Assembly (NCBI GenBank): GCA_021786295.1
Contig: JAJYNO010000033.1
Span: 1,775 to 65,774, forward strand
Direction: 5' to 3'
Length of the DNA: 64,000 nucleotides
DNA from: a bacterium
Lineage (GTDB): Bacteria; Elusimicrobiota; Elusimicrobia; Elusimicrobiales; UBA9959
Shown here: one piece after another, positions 46,110 to 55,255 of the stretch
Position numbering within the stretch: position 1 is the stretch's first letter
How the letters are laid out: each line of letters opens with the position of its first letter
Made by a program: the position numbers and the translations under genes
Notes under the pieces: generated by a model
What the model was told of the DNA's origin: nothing
Database searches by the model: none
Seen by the model: only the letters and a program-made list of their open reading frames with translations

Positions 46110-47424
46110 AGAACTTCAGGGTGGTGGAGAGGCCGGTGGTGAGGTAGAGGTGGTCGCCGGCGCCGGGGGCGGTGACGGTGGGGAGGGGGTTGGGGTCCTG
46201 GTTGACGGCGTAGTCCAGGCCGGCGTAAGGGGCCAGCGTGAAGCGGCCTGCCGGGCGGCTGGCGTAGACGGCCAGAGCCCAGCGCTCCATGCCGGCCTTG
46301 GGATAGGCCATCTGCTTAAGGTAGGTGGCGCGGTAGCCGAGCGTGCGCCCTCCGGAGAAGCGCATGTCGTGCGTGAACACCAGCGAGCGGTACTGGGTGC
46401 CGTACGGCGCGCCCATGCTCATGCCGCCGTAGGTGTAGCCCTCCACCGGGTACCAGTGGTGCACGTAGAACAGGCGCGGGGTCATGAGGAACTCCAGCCG
46501 GAAGGTCTGCCTGCCGGTGTCCATTACCACGCCGCCCAGGTAGGCGTTCAATGTCATCTCGAACGGCCAATAAAACTGCTTGCTCGGATTGATGTCGGTG
46601 CAGGCGCGCTCGTAGTAGACCTTCAGGCTCCTGGCGGCCGCGGGCCTCAGCCGTGCCGGCAGGTTTAGGGAGACGTCGTAGGCGAGGTAGCCGTCGGCGT
46701 CGTACTTGTTGCCGGGCTGGTTCTCGTGCTTGCCCAGCAGCAGCTCCGGGAACTCCCACGGCCAGTAGTCCGGGCGGCCGGCGCCGCCGTATTCCTCGCC
46801 CCGGGTGAGGCCCAGCGTGAGCAGGTCCGAAGGCGCCCAGCCCAGCCGGCCGACGAAGACGCGCGGGTCCTTGCGGTCCGGCGGGGGGCGGTGCGGGTCG
46901 TCCAGCCAGGCGTTGACCACGTCGATGTCCCACTTGCCGTGCCAGAGCAGCGGGCGTTCGGTTTTTACGCGCAGCATGGGCATGGGGGCGGCGTTGTTTG
47001 ACAGCAGCAGCGCCTGCGCGCCGGGACCTATGCTCTCGGAGTCCTTTCCGAGGGTGATGGAGAATATCCCCACATATTGTTTCAGGTAGAGCTTCTGCAG
47101 GCCGCCCTTGGCGTAGCGGCCGTTGGCGTCCTGGCGCAGGGTGTAGCGAAGCTCGGCGTTCTTCCACGGGGCGAAGCCGCCGTCGGCGAACATGATCAGG
47201 TTCAGGCCCTTGCGGAACTGCAAACCTTCCGCGTCCGGTATGAAGGAGAGGCCCTCGCCGGCGTAGAAGACGTCGGCCGTGATGGAATTGAGCGGTTTTA
47301 GTTCGGAGCCTGCCTCTCCGCCCGTCCACGGCGTTGAAGCTCCGGCCGCCGGGCCCGCCGCCAGCGCCGCCGCCAGCGCTATCAAGGCTATGCAGCCGGT
47401 CTTTCTCTTCATCCGTCTTTTCAT
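46108..47424 (-). CDS. Secreted protein, probable outer-membrane beta-barrel (possibly Wzi-like capsule-assembly protein)
   Basis: Signal peptide MKRRMKRKTGCIALIALAAALAAGPAAGA, alternating beta-strand-like pattern rich in Y/G/W, and the C-terminal motif LSTTLKF ending in Phe. The Wzi assignment is from context only. Confidence 0.45.
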   Translation of the reverse strand: MKRRMKRKTGCIALIALAAALAAGPAAGASTPWTGGEAGSELKPLNSITADVFYAGEGLSFIPDAEGLQFRKGLNLIMFADGGFAPWKNAELRYTLRQDANGRYAKGGLQKLYLKQYVGIFSITLGKDSESIGPGAQALLLSNNAAPMPMLRVKTERPLLWHGKWDIDVVNAWLDDPHRPPPDRKDPRVFVGRLGWAPSDLLTLGLTRGEEYGGAGRPDYWPWEFPELLLGKHENQPGNKYDADGYLAYDVSLNLPARLRPAAARSLKVYYERACTDINPSKQFYWPFEMTLNAYLGGVVMDTGRQTFRLEFLMTPRLFYVHHWYPVEGYTYGGMSMGAPYGTQYRSLVFTHDMRFSGGRTLGYRATYLKQMAYPKAGMERWALAVYASRPAGRFTLAPYAGLDYAVNQDPNPLPTVTAPGAGDHLYLTTGLSTTLKF

Positions 47425-47486
47425 CTGCTAAGTATATTAAAAACGGGGACAGACGTCATTTCCCGGGCGCGCGCGGGGGCGCAATT

Positions 47487-47494
47487 TGTATAAT
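47487..47494 (+). promoter_or_regulatory. -10 promoter element for the HEPN-MNT-rfbC operon
   Basis: TGTATAAT 50 nt upstream of the ATG at 47545. Confidence 0.45.
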
Positions 47495-47544
47495 TTTCCA
47501 CATGGGGGCGCCTTAGAGCCGCGAAAAACGCGCCCGGAGAACAA

Positions 47545-47952
47545 ATGCCCTTGGACCTCAGCAGTCTTAAGAAAGCCGTCGATTCCCTTGACCGCGCTCT
47601 CGAAGTGGCCGCCGGCCCGGCGACGCCCGGGCAACAGGAAGTGCTGCGGGCCGGCGTGATACAGAACTTCGAGTTCACCTACGAACTGTGCTGGAAGTTT
47701 ATGAAGCGCTGGCTGGAGCTCAACGCCGGAGCGGCGGTCGCGGACGGCGCCACCCGCAAGGAGCTTTTTCGCCTCGCTGCGGAAAGCCGTCTGATAACCG
47801 GCGTTGAGAACTGGTTCCGCTACCACGCCGCCCGCAACGAGACCGCCCATACCTACGACCCGGCCAAAGCCACGGAGATATCCCGGCTGGCCGCGCCCTT
47901 CGCCGGCGACGCCCGCAGGCTGCTGGAGGCCCTGGAAGAGCGCAATGATTAA
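47545..47952 (+). CDS. HEPN-domain protein (HI0074-type)
   Basis: 135 aa with the VIQNFEFTYELCWKFMKRWL pattern and the Rx4H motif RNETAH. Confidence 0.8.
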   Translation: MPLDLSSLKKAVDSLDRALEVAAGPATPGQQEVLRAGVIQNFEFTYELCWKFMKRWLELNAGAAVADGATRKELFRLAAESRLITGVENWFRYHAARNETAHTYDPAKATEISRLAAPFAGDARRLLEALEERND

Positions 47953-48235
47953 GGCCACGCCGGCGCAACTGGATTCGATACGCGGCATCCTGGCGCGTCA
48001 TGCGCCGGGGACTGAGGCGCGCGTGTTCGGGTCGCGCGTCGTCGGCGAGTCCAAGGAATACTCGGACCTGGACCTGGCGTTGGTGGGCCCGGCGAAGCTG
48101 GATCCGGTGGTGATGGAGGCTCTTCGCGAGTCTTTTGCCGAGTCCGACCTGCCCTTCCGGGTGGACGTGCTGGACTGGCACGCCATCTCCCCGGAGTTCC
48201 GGCAGGTGATAGAGCGGAAATACGAGGTGCTCTGA
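47949..48235 (+). CDS. Minimal nucleotidyltransferase (MNT) partner
   Basis: 95 aa with GSRVVGESKEYSDLDLALVG. It has a 4-nt overlap with the HEPN gene and its stop is 2 nt before the rfbC start. Confidence 0.8.
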
Positions 48236-48237
48236 CA

Positions 48238-48816
48238 ATGAAATTCGAATTCACCCGGACCGCGATACCGGGGCTTGTGGTGGTTGCGCCGCAGACCGGG
48301 CGCGACGAGCGGGGGACCTTTTCCGAGCAGTACAAGGCCTCCGAGTTCCGCAAAGGCGGGATCAAGGACGTATTTGTGCAGGAGAACCGTTCCGTCAGCC
48401 GCAAGGGCGTGCTGCGGGGGCTGCACTTCCAGCGGCCGCCGCGCGCGCAGGCCAAACTGGTGCGCTGCGGGCACGGCCGCGTGTGGGACGTGGCGGTGGA
48501 CCTGCGCCGCGGCTCGCGCACTTACGGCAAATGGTTCGGGCTGGAGCTTTCGCGCGAGAACAACCTCATGCTCTATATCCCGGAGGGCTTCGCCCACGGC
48601 TTCTGCGCGCTCACGGACCGCGCCGAGGTCATTTACATGTGTTCTAAGGAGTATGCTCCCGCTTCCGATTCCGGAGTGCGCTGGGACGATCCCAGGCTGG
48701 CCGTGAAGTGGCCGGTGAAGAAGCCGAAGATCTCTCCCAAGGACGCCGCGCTCCCTTTCCTTAAAAAGGGGACAGGCTGCTTTTTCCCCGGGGCGGGACA
48801 GGAATCCGCAGAATGA
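48238..48816 (+). CDS. rfbC: dTDP-4-dehydrorhamnose 3,5-epimerase
   Basis: RGTFSEQY, GVLRGLHFQ, KLVRCGHGRVWDVAVDLR and IPEGFAHGF motifs. The last ~17 codons run into a REP-like unit. Confidence 0.9.
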   Translation: MKFEFTRTAIPGLVVVAPQTGRDERGTFSEQYKASEFRKGGIKDVFVQENRSVSRKGVLRGLHFQRPPRAQAKLVRCGHGRVWDVAVDLRRGSRTYGKWFGLELSRENNLMLYIPEGFAHGFCALTDRAEVIYMCSKEYAPASDSGVRWDDPRLAVKWPVKKPKISPKDAALPFLKKGTGCFFPGAGQESAE

Positions 48817-48851
48817 GAATGGCTCCCGGAAAAAGGGGACAGGCTACTTTT
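48768..48851 (+). repeat. Direct doublet of REP-like units (plus orientation)
   Basis: GGGGACAGGCTGCTTTTT at 48768-48785 (variant with G) and GGGGACAGGCTACTTTT at 48835-48851. Confidence 0.85.
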
Positions 48852-48918
48852 CGGCTGGGGCCTGCTCCCAGGCGGGGACGGGGCTGACTTTGCGCCGGGA
48901 GTGTCGCTCCGGAAAAAC

Positions 48919-49911
48919 ATGAGAAAGAGGACGATTCTGGTGATAGGGGGGGCGGGCTATATCGGCTCACACGCCAACAAGGCGCTGGCCGCGGCAGGCT
49001 ACCGCACCGTTGTTTTTGACAACCTCTCCACCGGCCACCGTCGGCTGGCGCGCTGGGGGGAGTTCTTTAAAGGCTCTCTATCGCGGCCGACCGACCTGTC
49101 TCGCTGTTTCAAGAAATATCGCATAGACGCCGTGCTGCATTTCGCCGCGTCCGCTTATGTGGGCGAGTCGGTGACGGACCCTGCCAAGTATTACGCTAAT
49201 AACGTGGTGAACACGCTGAACCTGCTCAACGTTATGCGCGCGGCCGGCGTGAAGCGGTTGGTGTTCTCTTCTTCCTGCGCGGTCTACGGCGAACCTGCCT
49301 CACTGCCGATGAGGGAAAACTTGCCGAAGAACCCGGTGAATCCGTACGGCCGTACCAAGCTGATGATGGAGCAGGCTATGGCGGATTACTCCGCGGCCTA
49401 CGGGCTTAAGTATATAGCTTTGCGCTATTTCAATGCGGCCGGGGCGGATCCCGACGGCGAGGCCGGCGAGCTGCACGCCCCCGAGACGCACCTGATCCCG
49501 CTGGTGCTGGACGCGGCGTCCGGCCGGCGGCCGTGCATCAGCGTTTTTGGCGCGGATTATCCCACTCCGGACGGCACCTGCCTGCGCGACTACATCCACG
49601 TGACCGACCTGGCCCAAGCCCATCTGCTGGCGCTGCGCAGGCTGGAGGCCGGCGGCGAAAGCCGCGCGTTCAACCTGGGCAACGGCCGCGGCTTCAGCGT
49701 GCGACAGGTGATAAAGGCCGCCGAGAAGGTGACGGGGCTGAAGGTCCCTGTGAAGCTGGCGCCCAGGCGCGCGGGCGACCCGCCGGCGCTGGTGGCGTCC
49801 TCCGCGCTGATCCGGCGCGAACTGGGCTGGAAGCCGCTCTATCCCGGGCTGGAGACGATGCTCGCCCACGCCTGGCGCTGGTACCGGAAAGCGAACAAGG
49901 GAGTTCTATGA
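48919..49911 (+). CDS. galE: UDP-glucose 4-epimerase
   Basis: [13 protein letters not shown], the YGRTK catalytic motif and LRYFNAAGA. The ATG at 48919 lies within an ORF that opens at 48901. Confidence 0.85.
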   Translation: MRKRTILVIGGAGYIGSHANKALAAAGYRTVVFDNLSTGHRRLARWGEFFKGSLSRPTDLSRCFKKYRIDAVLHFAASAYVGESVTDPAKYYANNVVNTLNLLNVMRAAGVKRLVFSSSCAVYGEPASLPMRENLPKNPVNPYGRTKLMMEQAMADYSAAYGLKYIALRYFNAAGADPDGEAGELHAPETHLIPLVLDAASGRRPCISVFGADYPTPDGTCLRDYIHVTDLAQAHLLALRRLEAGGESRAFNLGNGRGFSVRQVIKAAEKVTGLKVPVKLAPRRAGDPPALVASSALIRRELGWKPLYPGLETMLAHAWRWYRKANKGVL

Positions 49912-50783
49912 AAGGCATAATCCTCGCCGGCGGCTCCGGCACGCGGCTTTATCCGCTAACGACGGTGGTGTGCAAGCAGTTGCTGCCTGTGTACGACAAG
50001 CCGATGATCTACTACCCGATGTCGGCGCTGATGCTGGCGGGAATACGGGACATACTGATCATCTCCACCCCGGCGGACCTGCCCCGCTTCAAGGATATCT
50101 TCGGCGACGGCTCGGCGTGGGGCCTCCGGTTGTCCTACAAGGCGCAGCCTAAGCCCGAGGGCATAGCCCAGGCCTTCCTGCTGGCCGAGGAGTTCCTGGG
50201 CAAGGACGACGCCTGCCTGGTGCTGGGTGACAATATTTTCTACGGCCATGGCCTGCCCGAAGCTTTCCGCCGCGCGGTGATCGGCGCCAGAAAGGGCAAG
50301 TCCACGGTGTTCGGGTACTACGTGAACGATCCTGAACGTTACGGCGTGGTGGCCTTCAATAAGAACGGCCGCGCCACTTCCATAGAGGAAAAGCCGAAAG
50401 AACCCAAATCCAATTACGCCGTGACCGGGCTGTACTTCTACCCCAACAGCGTTGTGAAAGTGGCCAAGGCCATAAAGCCCAGCGCCCGCGGCGAGCTGGA
50501 GATCACCGACGTGAATAAGGCTTATCTGAAGCGCGGCGCGCTCAACGTGGAGCTGCTCGGCCGCGGTTATGCCTGGTTGGACACCGGAACCTTTTCCAGC
50601 CTGCTTGAGGCCGGGGAGTTCATCGCCACGGTGGAGAAGCGGCAGGGGCTGAAGATAGCCTGCATAGAGGAAATAGCCTACGGCATGGGCTGGATAGACC
50701 GCGCCCGCCTGCTTAAGCTGGCCGCGGGCCTCAGCAAGAACAGCTACGGCGCCTACCTGCGCAAAGTGGCCGACGGGAACTGA
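49908..50783 (+). CDS. rfbA: Glucose-1-phosphate thymidylyltransferase
   Basis: [18 protein letters not shown]...[15 protein letters not shown], with an ATGA overlap with galE. Confidence 0.92.
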   Translation: MKGIILAGGSGTRLYPLTTVVCKQLLPVYDKPMIYYPMSALMLAGIRDILIISTPADLPRFKDIFGDGSAWGLRLSYKAQPKPEGIAQAFLLAEEFLGKDDACLVLGDNIFYGHGLPEAFRRAVIGARKGKSTVFGYYVNDPERYGVVAFNKNGRATSIEEKPKEPKSNYAVTGLYFYPNSVVKVAKAIKPSARGELEITDVNKAYLKRGALNVELLGRGYAWLDTGTFSSLLEAGEFIATVEKRQGLKIACIEEIAYGMGWIDRARLLKLAAGLSKNSYGAYLRKVADGN

Positions 50784-50790
50784 GGCGGAT

Positions 50791-51630
50791 ATGCGCGTAC
50801 TTATAACCGGGTCCAAAGGACAGCTTGGCGCGGCATTCGAGCGGCGCTTCAAGAAGAACGGGTGGGATTACGCGGCGGCGGATGCCGATACGCTGGACAT
50901 CACCGACGGGAACGCCGTGGTGGAAGCGGTGATGCCCTACAGGCCAGGCCTTATACTGAACTGCGCGGCCTACAACCAGGTGGACAAGGCCGAGGCCGAG
51001 CCGGAGAAGGCCTACGCGGTCAACGCCGAGGGCGTGCGCAACCTGGCCCATGTGGCCCGCCGGTTGGAGAGCACGCTGGTCCACTTCGGCACCGATTATG
51101 TCTTCGACGGGGTCAAGCGCGCGCCTTACGTAGAGGCCGACCCCGTCAACCCGCTGAACCGCTACGGCGCCTCCAAACTTAAGGGCGAGGAGTACGCGCT
51201 GGGCGTGCCCGGCGCGCTGGTGCTGCGGCTGAGCTGGGTGTACGGGCGCGGCGAGCAGAACTTTATTCGCAAGCTGCTGGGCTGGGCCGCCGGGCCGGGG
51301 CCGCTGCGCGTGGCTGACGACGAGGTCTCCGTGCCAACCAGCACGGAGGACGTCGTCGGCGCGACCATGGAGGCGCTTAAGGCCGGGCTCTTCGGCCGCT
51401 GGCACCTTACGGCGGGCGGCAGCTGTTCGCGCTATGAGTGGGCCGGAGAGATACTCAAAGGCTTCGGCGTGGGCAAGGAACTGCTGCCGGCCAAGATGGC
51501 CGACTTCAACCTGCCCGCGCGCAGGCCGGGCTATTCGGTAATGTCCAGCGCCGCCATTTCCGCCGAGCTGGGCCTGAAGCTGCCGCACTGGCGCGATTCC
51601 GTGGAGAAGTTCATAAGGGAGAACAGATGA
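50791..51630 (+). CDS. rfbD: dTDP-4-dehydrorhamnose reductase
   Basis: [34 protein letters not shown]. Confidence 0.9.
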   Translation: MRVLITGSKGQLGAAFERRFKKNGWDYAAADADTLDITDGNAVVEAVMPYRPGLILNCAAYNQVDKAEAEPEKAYAVNAEGVRNLAHVARRLESTLVHFGTDYVFDGVKRAPYVEADPVNPLNRYGASKLKGEEYALGVPGALVLRLSWVYGRGEQNFIRKLLGWAAGPGPLRVADDEVSVPTSTEDVVGATMEALKAGLFGRWHLTAGGSCSRYEWAGEILKGFGVGKELLPAKMADFNLPARRPGYSVMSSAAISAELGLKLPHWRDSVEKFIRENR

Positions 51631-52700
51631 AGACCATCCTCGTCACCGGCGGCGCTGGTTTCATAGGCTCCAATTTCATCCGCTACGTCTTCGAAAAATC
51701 GGGCTTCAAGGGCCGCATCGTCAACCTGGACAAGCTGACCTACGCCGGCAACCAGGAGAACCTCTCCGACGTGGCGCGCGAGTACGAAGGACGTTACGTC
51801 TTCGTCAAGGGCGACATCTGCGATTACGCGCTGCTGGGGCGGCTGTTCAAAAAGCACCGCTTCGACGCGGTGGCGCACTTCGCGGCCGAGTCCCACGTGG
51901 ACCGCTCCATCTTCGGGCCGAAGGACTTCGTGGAGACCAACATCCACGGCACGTTCGCCCTGCTGGAGGCCGCGCGCCGGGCCTGGCCCGGCCGCCGGGA
52001 CGTGCGCTTTCACCACGTCAGCACCGACGAGGTTTACGGCTCGCTCGGCCGCACCGGCAAGTTCAAAGAGACCACGCCCTACGCCCCCCGCAGCCCGTAC
52101 TCCGCCAGCAAGGCCTCGTCGGACCACCTGGCGATGGCCTACCACCATACCTACGGCCTGCCTGTCACCATCTCCAACTGCTCCAACAACTACGGGCCCT
52201 ACCATTTCCCCGAGAAGCTGATCCCGCTCGTCGTCCTGAACGCGCTGGAAGGCAAGCCGCTGCCGGTGTACGGCGACGGCAACCAGGTGCGGGACTGGCT
52301 CTACGTCGAGGACCACTGCGCGGCCATCTGGCTGGTGATGCGCCGCGGCCGCCCGGGCGGGACCTACAACGTGGGCGGCGGCAGCGAGAAGAGGAACATC
52401 GACGTGGTGAAGGGCGTCTGCGCCGCGCTGGAGGAGCTGCTCCCCTCGGCGGAGAACCCGGCGCTGAAGGGCCGCGGCTACGCGGACCTGATAACTTTCG
52501 TCAAGGACCGCCCCGGCCATGACCGCCGCTACGCTATCGATTTCGGCAAACTGCGCCGCGAGCTGGGCTGGAAGCCGTCGGTCAGCTTCGCCGAAGGCCT
52601 GCGCCGCACCGTGGCCTGGTACCTGGCCAACCCGGAATGGGTCAGGAGCGTAAAGACCGGGGAGTACCGCAAATGGCTGCAGAAAAATTACCGCAGGTAG
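51627..52700 (+). CDS. rfbB: dTDP-glucose 4,6-dehydratase
   Basis: [33 protein letters not shown] and [11 protein letters not shown] motifs, with an ATGA overlap with rfbD. Confidence 0.92.
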   Translation: MKTILVTGGAGFIGSNFIRYVFEKSGFKGRIVNLDKLTYAGNQENLSDVAREYEGRYVFVKGDICDYALLGRLFKKHRFDAVAHFAAESHVDRSIFGPKDFVETNIHGTFALLEAARRAWPGRRDVRFHHVSTDEVYGSLGRTGKFKETTPYAPRSPYSASKASSDHLAMAYHHTYGLPVTISNCSNNYGPYHFPEKLIPLVVLNALEGKPLPVYGDGNQVRDWLYVEDHCAAIWLVMRRGRPGGTYNVGGGSEKRNIDVVKGVCAALEELLPSAENPALKGRGYADLITFVKDRPGHDRRYAIDFGKLRRELGWKPSVSFAEGLRRTVAWYLANPEWVRSVKTGEYRKWLQKNYRR

Positions 52701-53437
52701 TCTTCCTGGGCACCAACGGCTGGTACGACACGGCGGCCACAGGCAACGCCGTGTGCGCGCTGGTCAGGACGCGCCGCTGGGACGTCGTGCTCGACGCGGG
52801 CAACGGCCTTTACAAACTGGACCGGTACGTCGACGGGAAGAAGCCGGTCTTCCTGTTCCTTAGCCATTTCCACATCGACCACATCGCCGGGCTGCACGTG
52901 CTTGCCAAGTTCAGGCTGGCTGCCGGCCTGACCATCTGCGGCGGCAAGGGCGCGCGCCGCCACCTGGGGCGCTTTGTGAACAGGCCGTTCAGCGTCCCGC
53001 TGGACAAGCTGCCCTACCCGGTGAAAGTCCTGGAACTGCCTGCTGACAGGGCCAGCCTGCCCTTCAGGGCCGAGAGCCTGCCGCTGGTGCACGCCGACCC
53101 GGTACTGGGCTACCGCCTCAAGCTGGACGGCAAGGTCCTCTCCTACATAACCGACACCGGCCCCTGCCCCAACGCGCTGGCGCTGGCGCGGGGGGCCGAC
53201 CTGCTGATAACCGAATGCGCCAATCTGCCGGGGGAGTTCAACCCAGGCTGGCCGCACTTCAACCCGGAGACCGCCGGCGGGCTGGCCGCCGAGGCCGGCG
53301 CGGGCCGCCTGGTCATGACCCATTTCTCGGCCGCGCGCTACACCTCCTGGTCCGCCCGGCTGAAGGCGCGCTCCGTGGCCCGCCGCGAGTTCCCTCGCGC
53401 CGAGGCCGCCAGGGACGGCCTGCGGATAGCCATTTAG
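52673..53437 (+). CDS. MBL-fold metallo-hydrolase (RNase Z-like)
   Basis: [12 protein letters not shown] (HxHxDH) motif. The start ATG at 52673 overlaps the rfbB end. Confidence 0.7.
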   Translation: MAAEKLPQVVFLGTNGWYDTAATGNAVCALVRTRRWDVVLDAGNGLYKLDRYVDGKKPVFLFLSHFHIDHIAGLHVLAKFRLAAGLTICGGKGARRHLGRFVNRPFSVPLDKLPYPVKVLELPADRASLPFRAESLPLVHADPVLGYRLKLDGKVLSYITDTGPCPNALALARGADLLITECANLPGEFNPGWPHFNPETAGGLAAEAGAGRLVMTHFSAARYTSWSARLKARSVARREFPRAEAARDGLRIAI

Positions 53438-53456
53438 CCTGCCCGGCCGGCGTGTT

Positions 53457-53465
53457 TGCTATAAT
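53457..53465 (+). promoter_or_regulatory. Extended -10 promoter element upstream of gmd
   Basis: TGCTATAAT (perfect TGnTATAAT) 20 nt after the MBL gene stop and about 100 nt before gmd. Confidence 0.5.
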
Positions 53466-53487
53466 ATCTATATTATGGACAAGCTAC

Positions 53488-53551
53488 AAAAAGTAGCCTG
53501 TCCCCTTTTTCTATCGCTGGGGAGAACGGCTGAAAAAAGTAGCCTGTCCCC
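53488..53551 (-). repeat. Direct doublet of REP-like units (minus orientation) in the gmd leader
   Basis: AAAAAGTAGCCTGTCCCC at 53488-53505 and AAAAAAGTAGCCTGTCCCC at 53533-53551. Confidence 0.85.
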
Positions 53552-53563
53552 TTTTTAGGAGAT

Positions 53564-54670
53564 TTGATGAAGAGATGTTTGATTACTGGGGTGACGGGGC
53601 AGGACGGGGCTTATTTGTCGGAGTTCCTGCTGGGGAAGGGGTACGAGGTGCACGGGGTGCGCAGGAGGGCGGCGTCCTTCAATATGGCGCGCGTCTCCCA
53701 CCTGGCGGAGCACCCGCGGTTCAAGCTGCATTACGGGGACCTGACCGACAGCACCAACCTCACCCGTCTGATAGCCGATATCAGGCCGGACGAGATCTAC
53801 AACCTGGGCGCCCAGAGCCACGTGGCCGTCAGCTTCGAGGAGCCGGAGTACACGGCCGACTGCGACGGGCTGGGCACCATGCGCCTGTTGGAGGCCGTGC
53901 GCCTGCTGGGCCTCGGCAAAAAGGTGCGGATCTACCAGGCTTCCACTTCCGAGCTCTACGGCAAGGTGGTCGAGATACCCCAGAAGGAGACCACGCCGTT
54001 CTACCCGCGCAGCCCGTACGGCGTGGCCAAGATGTACGGCTTCTGGATAACCAAAAATTACCGCGAGTCCTACGGGATGTACGCCTGCAACGGCATCCTG
54101 TTCAACCACGAAAGCCCGCTGCGCGGCGACGAGTTCGTCACGCGCAAGATAACGCGCGCGCTGGGGCGCATAGTGCTGGGCGACCAGAAGTGCCTGCACA
54201 TGGGCAACATCAACTCCCTGCGCGACTGGGGCCACGCCCGCGACTACGTAAAGGCCATGTGGCTGATACTGCAGCAGAAGAAGGCCGACGATTTCGTTAT
54301 AGCCACCGGCCGCCAGCATTCGGTGCGCCGCTTCATAGAGCTGGCCGCCGGCGAACTGGGCATAAAGCTGGCCTGGAAGGGCAAGGGCCTTGCGGAGACC
54401 GGCGTGGTGACCGGCGTTAGGCCGCTGCCCGGCGTTGAGACCCGCGTTAAGAAGGGAGACGTCATAGTGCGCATTGACCCGAAGTTCTACCGCCCGGCCG
54501 AGGTGGACACCCTGCTGGGCGACCCTTCCAGGGCGCGCCGCCTGCTGGGCTGGAAGCCCGAGACCTCTTTCGAGCAGCTCGTGACGGAGATGGCCGACAG
54601 CGACCTCAGGCTGGCCATGAGCGAGCACCTGCTCAGGAAGTCCGGCTACGCCGGCCTGAAGAGCTGCTGA
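53564..54670 (+). CDS. gmd: GDP-mannose 4,6-dehydratase
   Basis: [44 protein letters not shown] and GILFNHESP motifs, with AGGAG 6 nt upstream. Confidence 0.93.
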   Translation: MMKRCLITGVTGQDGAYLSEFLLGKGYEVHGVRRRAASFNMARVSHLAEHPRFKLHYGDLTDSTNLTRLIADIRPDEIYNLGAQSHVAVSFEEPEYTADCDGLGTMRLLEAVRLLGLGKKVRIYQASTSELYGKVVEIPQKETTPFYPRSPYGVAKMYGFWITKNYRESYGMYACNGILFNHESPLRGDEFVTRKITRALGRIVLGDQKCLHMGNINSLRDWGHARDYVKAMWLILQQKKADDFVIATGRQHSVRRFIELAAGELGIKLAWKGKGLAETGVVTGVRPLPGVETRVKKGDVIVRIDPKFYRPAEVDTLLGDPSRARRLLGWKPETSFEQLVTEMADSDLRLAMSEHLLRKSGYAGLKSC

Positions 54671-54673
54671 CGC

Positions 54674-55255
54674 ATGGCCCACAATAAGAACGTCTACGTT
54701 GTAGCCGGGCCCAACGGCAGCGGCAAGACCACCTTCGCCCGCGAGTTCCTGCCCAACTACGCCAAGTGCCCCAACTTCGTCAACGCCGACCTGATAGCGC
54801 AGGGGCTCTCGCCTTTCGACCCGACGGCCGCGTCCATAAGGGCCGGGCGCCTGATGCTCAGCCGCATACACGAGTTCTCCCGCAGCGGGGCCGACTTCGG
54901 CTTCGAGACCACGCTCTCGGGCAAGATGCACAGGCGCCTGTTCCGCCGGCTGGAGGCCGAGGGCTACAAGGTGCACATCTATTTCCTGTGGGTGCCCGCG
55001 CCGGAGCTGTCCCTGCTGCGCATCAAGAACCGCGTGGCCGACGGCGGGCACGACGTGCCGGTCTCGGACGTGGGGCGCCGGTTCGACCGCTCCATCGTCA
55101 ATTTTTTCGGGGTCTACGTCAACGTGGCGGACAGCTGGATGCTGTTCGACAACTCCGGCCCGCGGCCGCTGCTGGCGGCCAAGGGGCACGGCGACAACGT
55201 GGTGGTGGAGAACCAGAAGGTCTATAACCAGATCGTTCCCAAGAATAAACTATGA
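54674..55255 (+). CDS. Zeta-toxin-like P-loop kinase/ATPase (COG4185 type)
   Basis: 193 aa. VYVVAGPNGSGKTTFAREFLPNY...FVNADLIAQGLSPF, FGFETTLSG, and GGHDVPVSDVGRRFDRS match the family pattern as I recall it. Confidence 0.7.
   Translation: MAHNKNVYVVAGPNGSGKTTFAREFLPNYAKCPNFVNADLIAQGLSPFDPTAASIRAGRLMLSRIHEFSRSGADFGFETTLSGKMHRRLFRRLEAEGYKVHIYFLWVPAPELSLLRIKNRVADGGHDVPVSDVGRRFDRSIVNFFGVYVNVADSWMLFDNSGPRPLLAAKGHGDNVVVENQKVYNQIVPKNKL

Noticed and set aside
47444-47460. Partial matches to the repeat core (AAAAACGGGGACAGACG at 47444-47460; AAAAGGGGTG at 44582-44591; GGGACAGGAATC at 48796-48807)
   Set aside because: Only 8-11 nt of the unit are present and the GTAG/CTAC half is missing. I did not count them as copies; they may be eroded units or chance matches.
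48901-48918. Upstream GTG start (48901) for galE, and similar upstream extensions for rfbA (49533), rfbB (51438), rfbF (56861), rfbG (58582), rfbH (59472), the HAD gene (61851), ileS (9335) and thrS (19586)
   Set aside because: In each case an internal ATG reproduces the canonical family N-terminus (for example [29 protein letters not shown]) and sits at or overlapping the stop of the preceding gene. The extensions run through the upstream coding sequence.
6815-53551. Possibility that the recurring 17-18-nt unit is a CRISPR repeat
   Set aside because: The copies are scattered over 47 kb, occur in both orientations, pair with each other into hairpins, have irregular spacing (4 to 67 nt within clusters), and there are no cas genes in the window.
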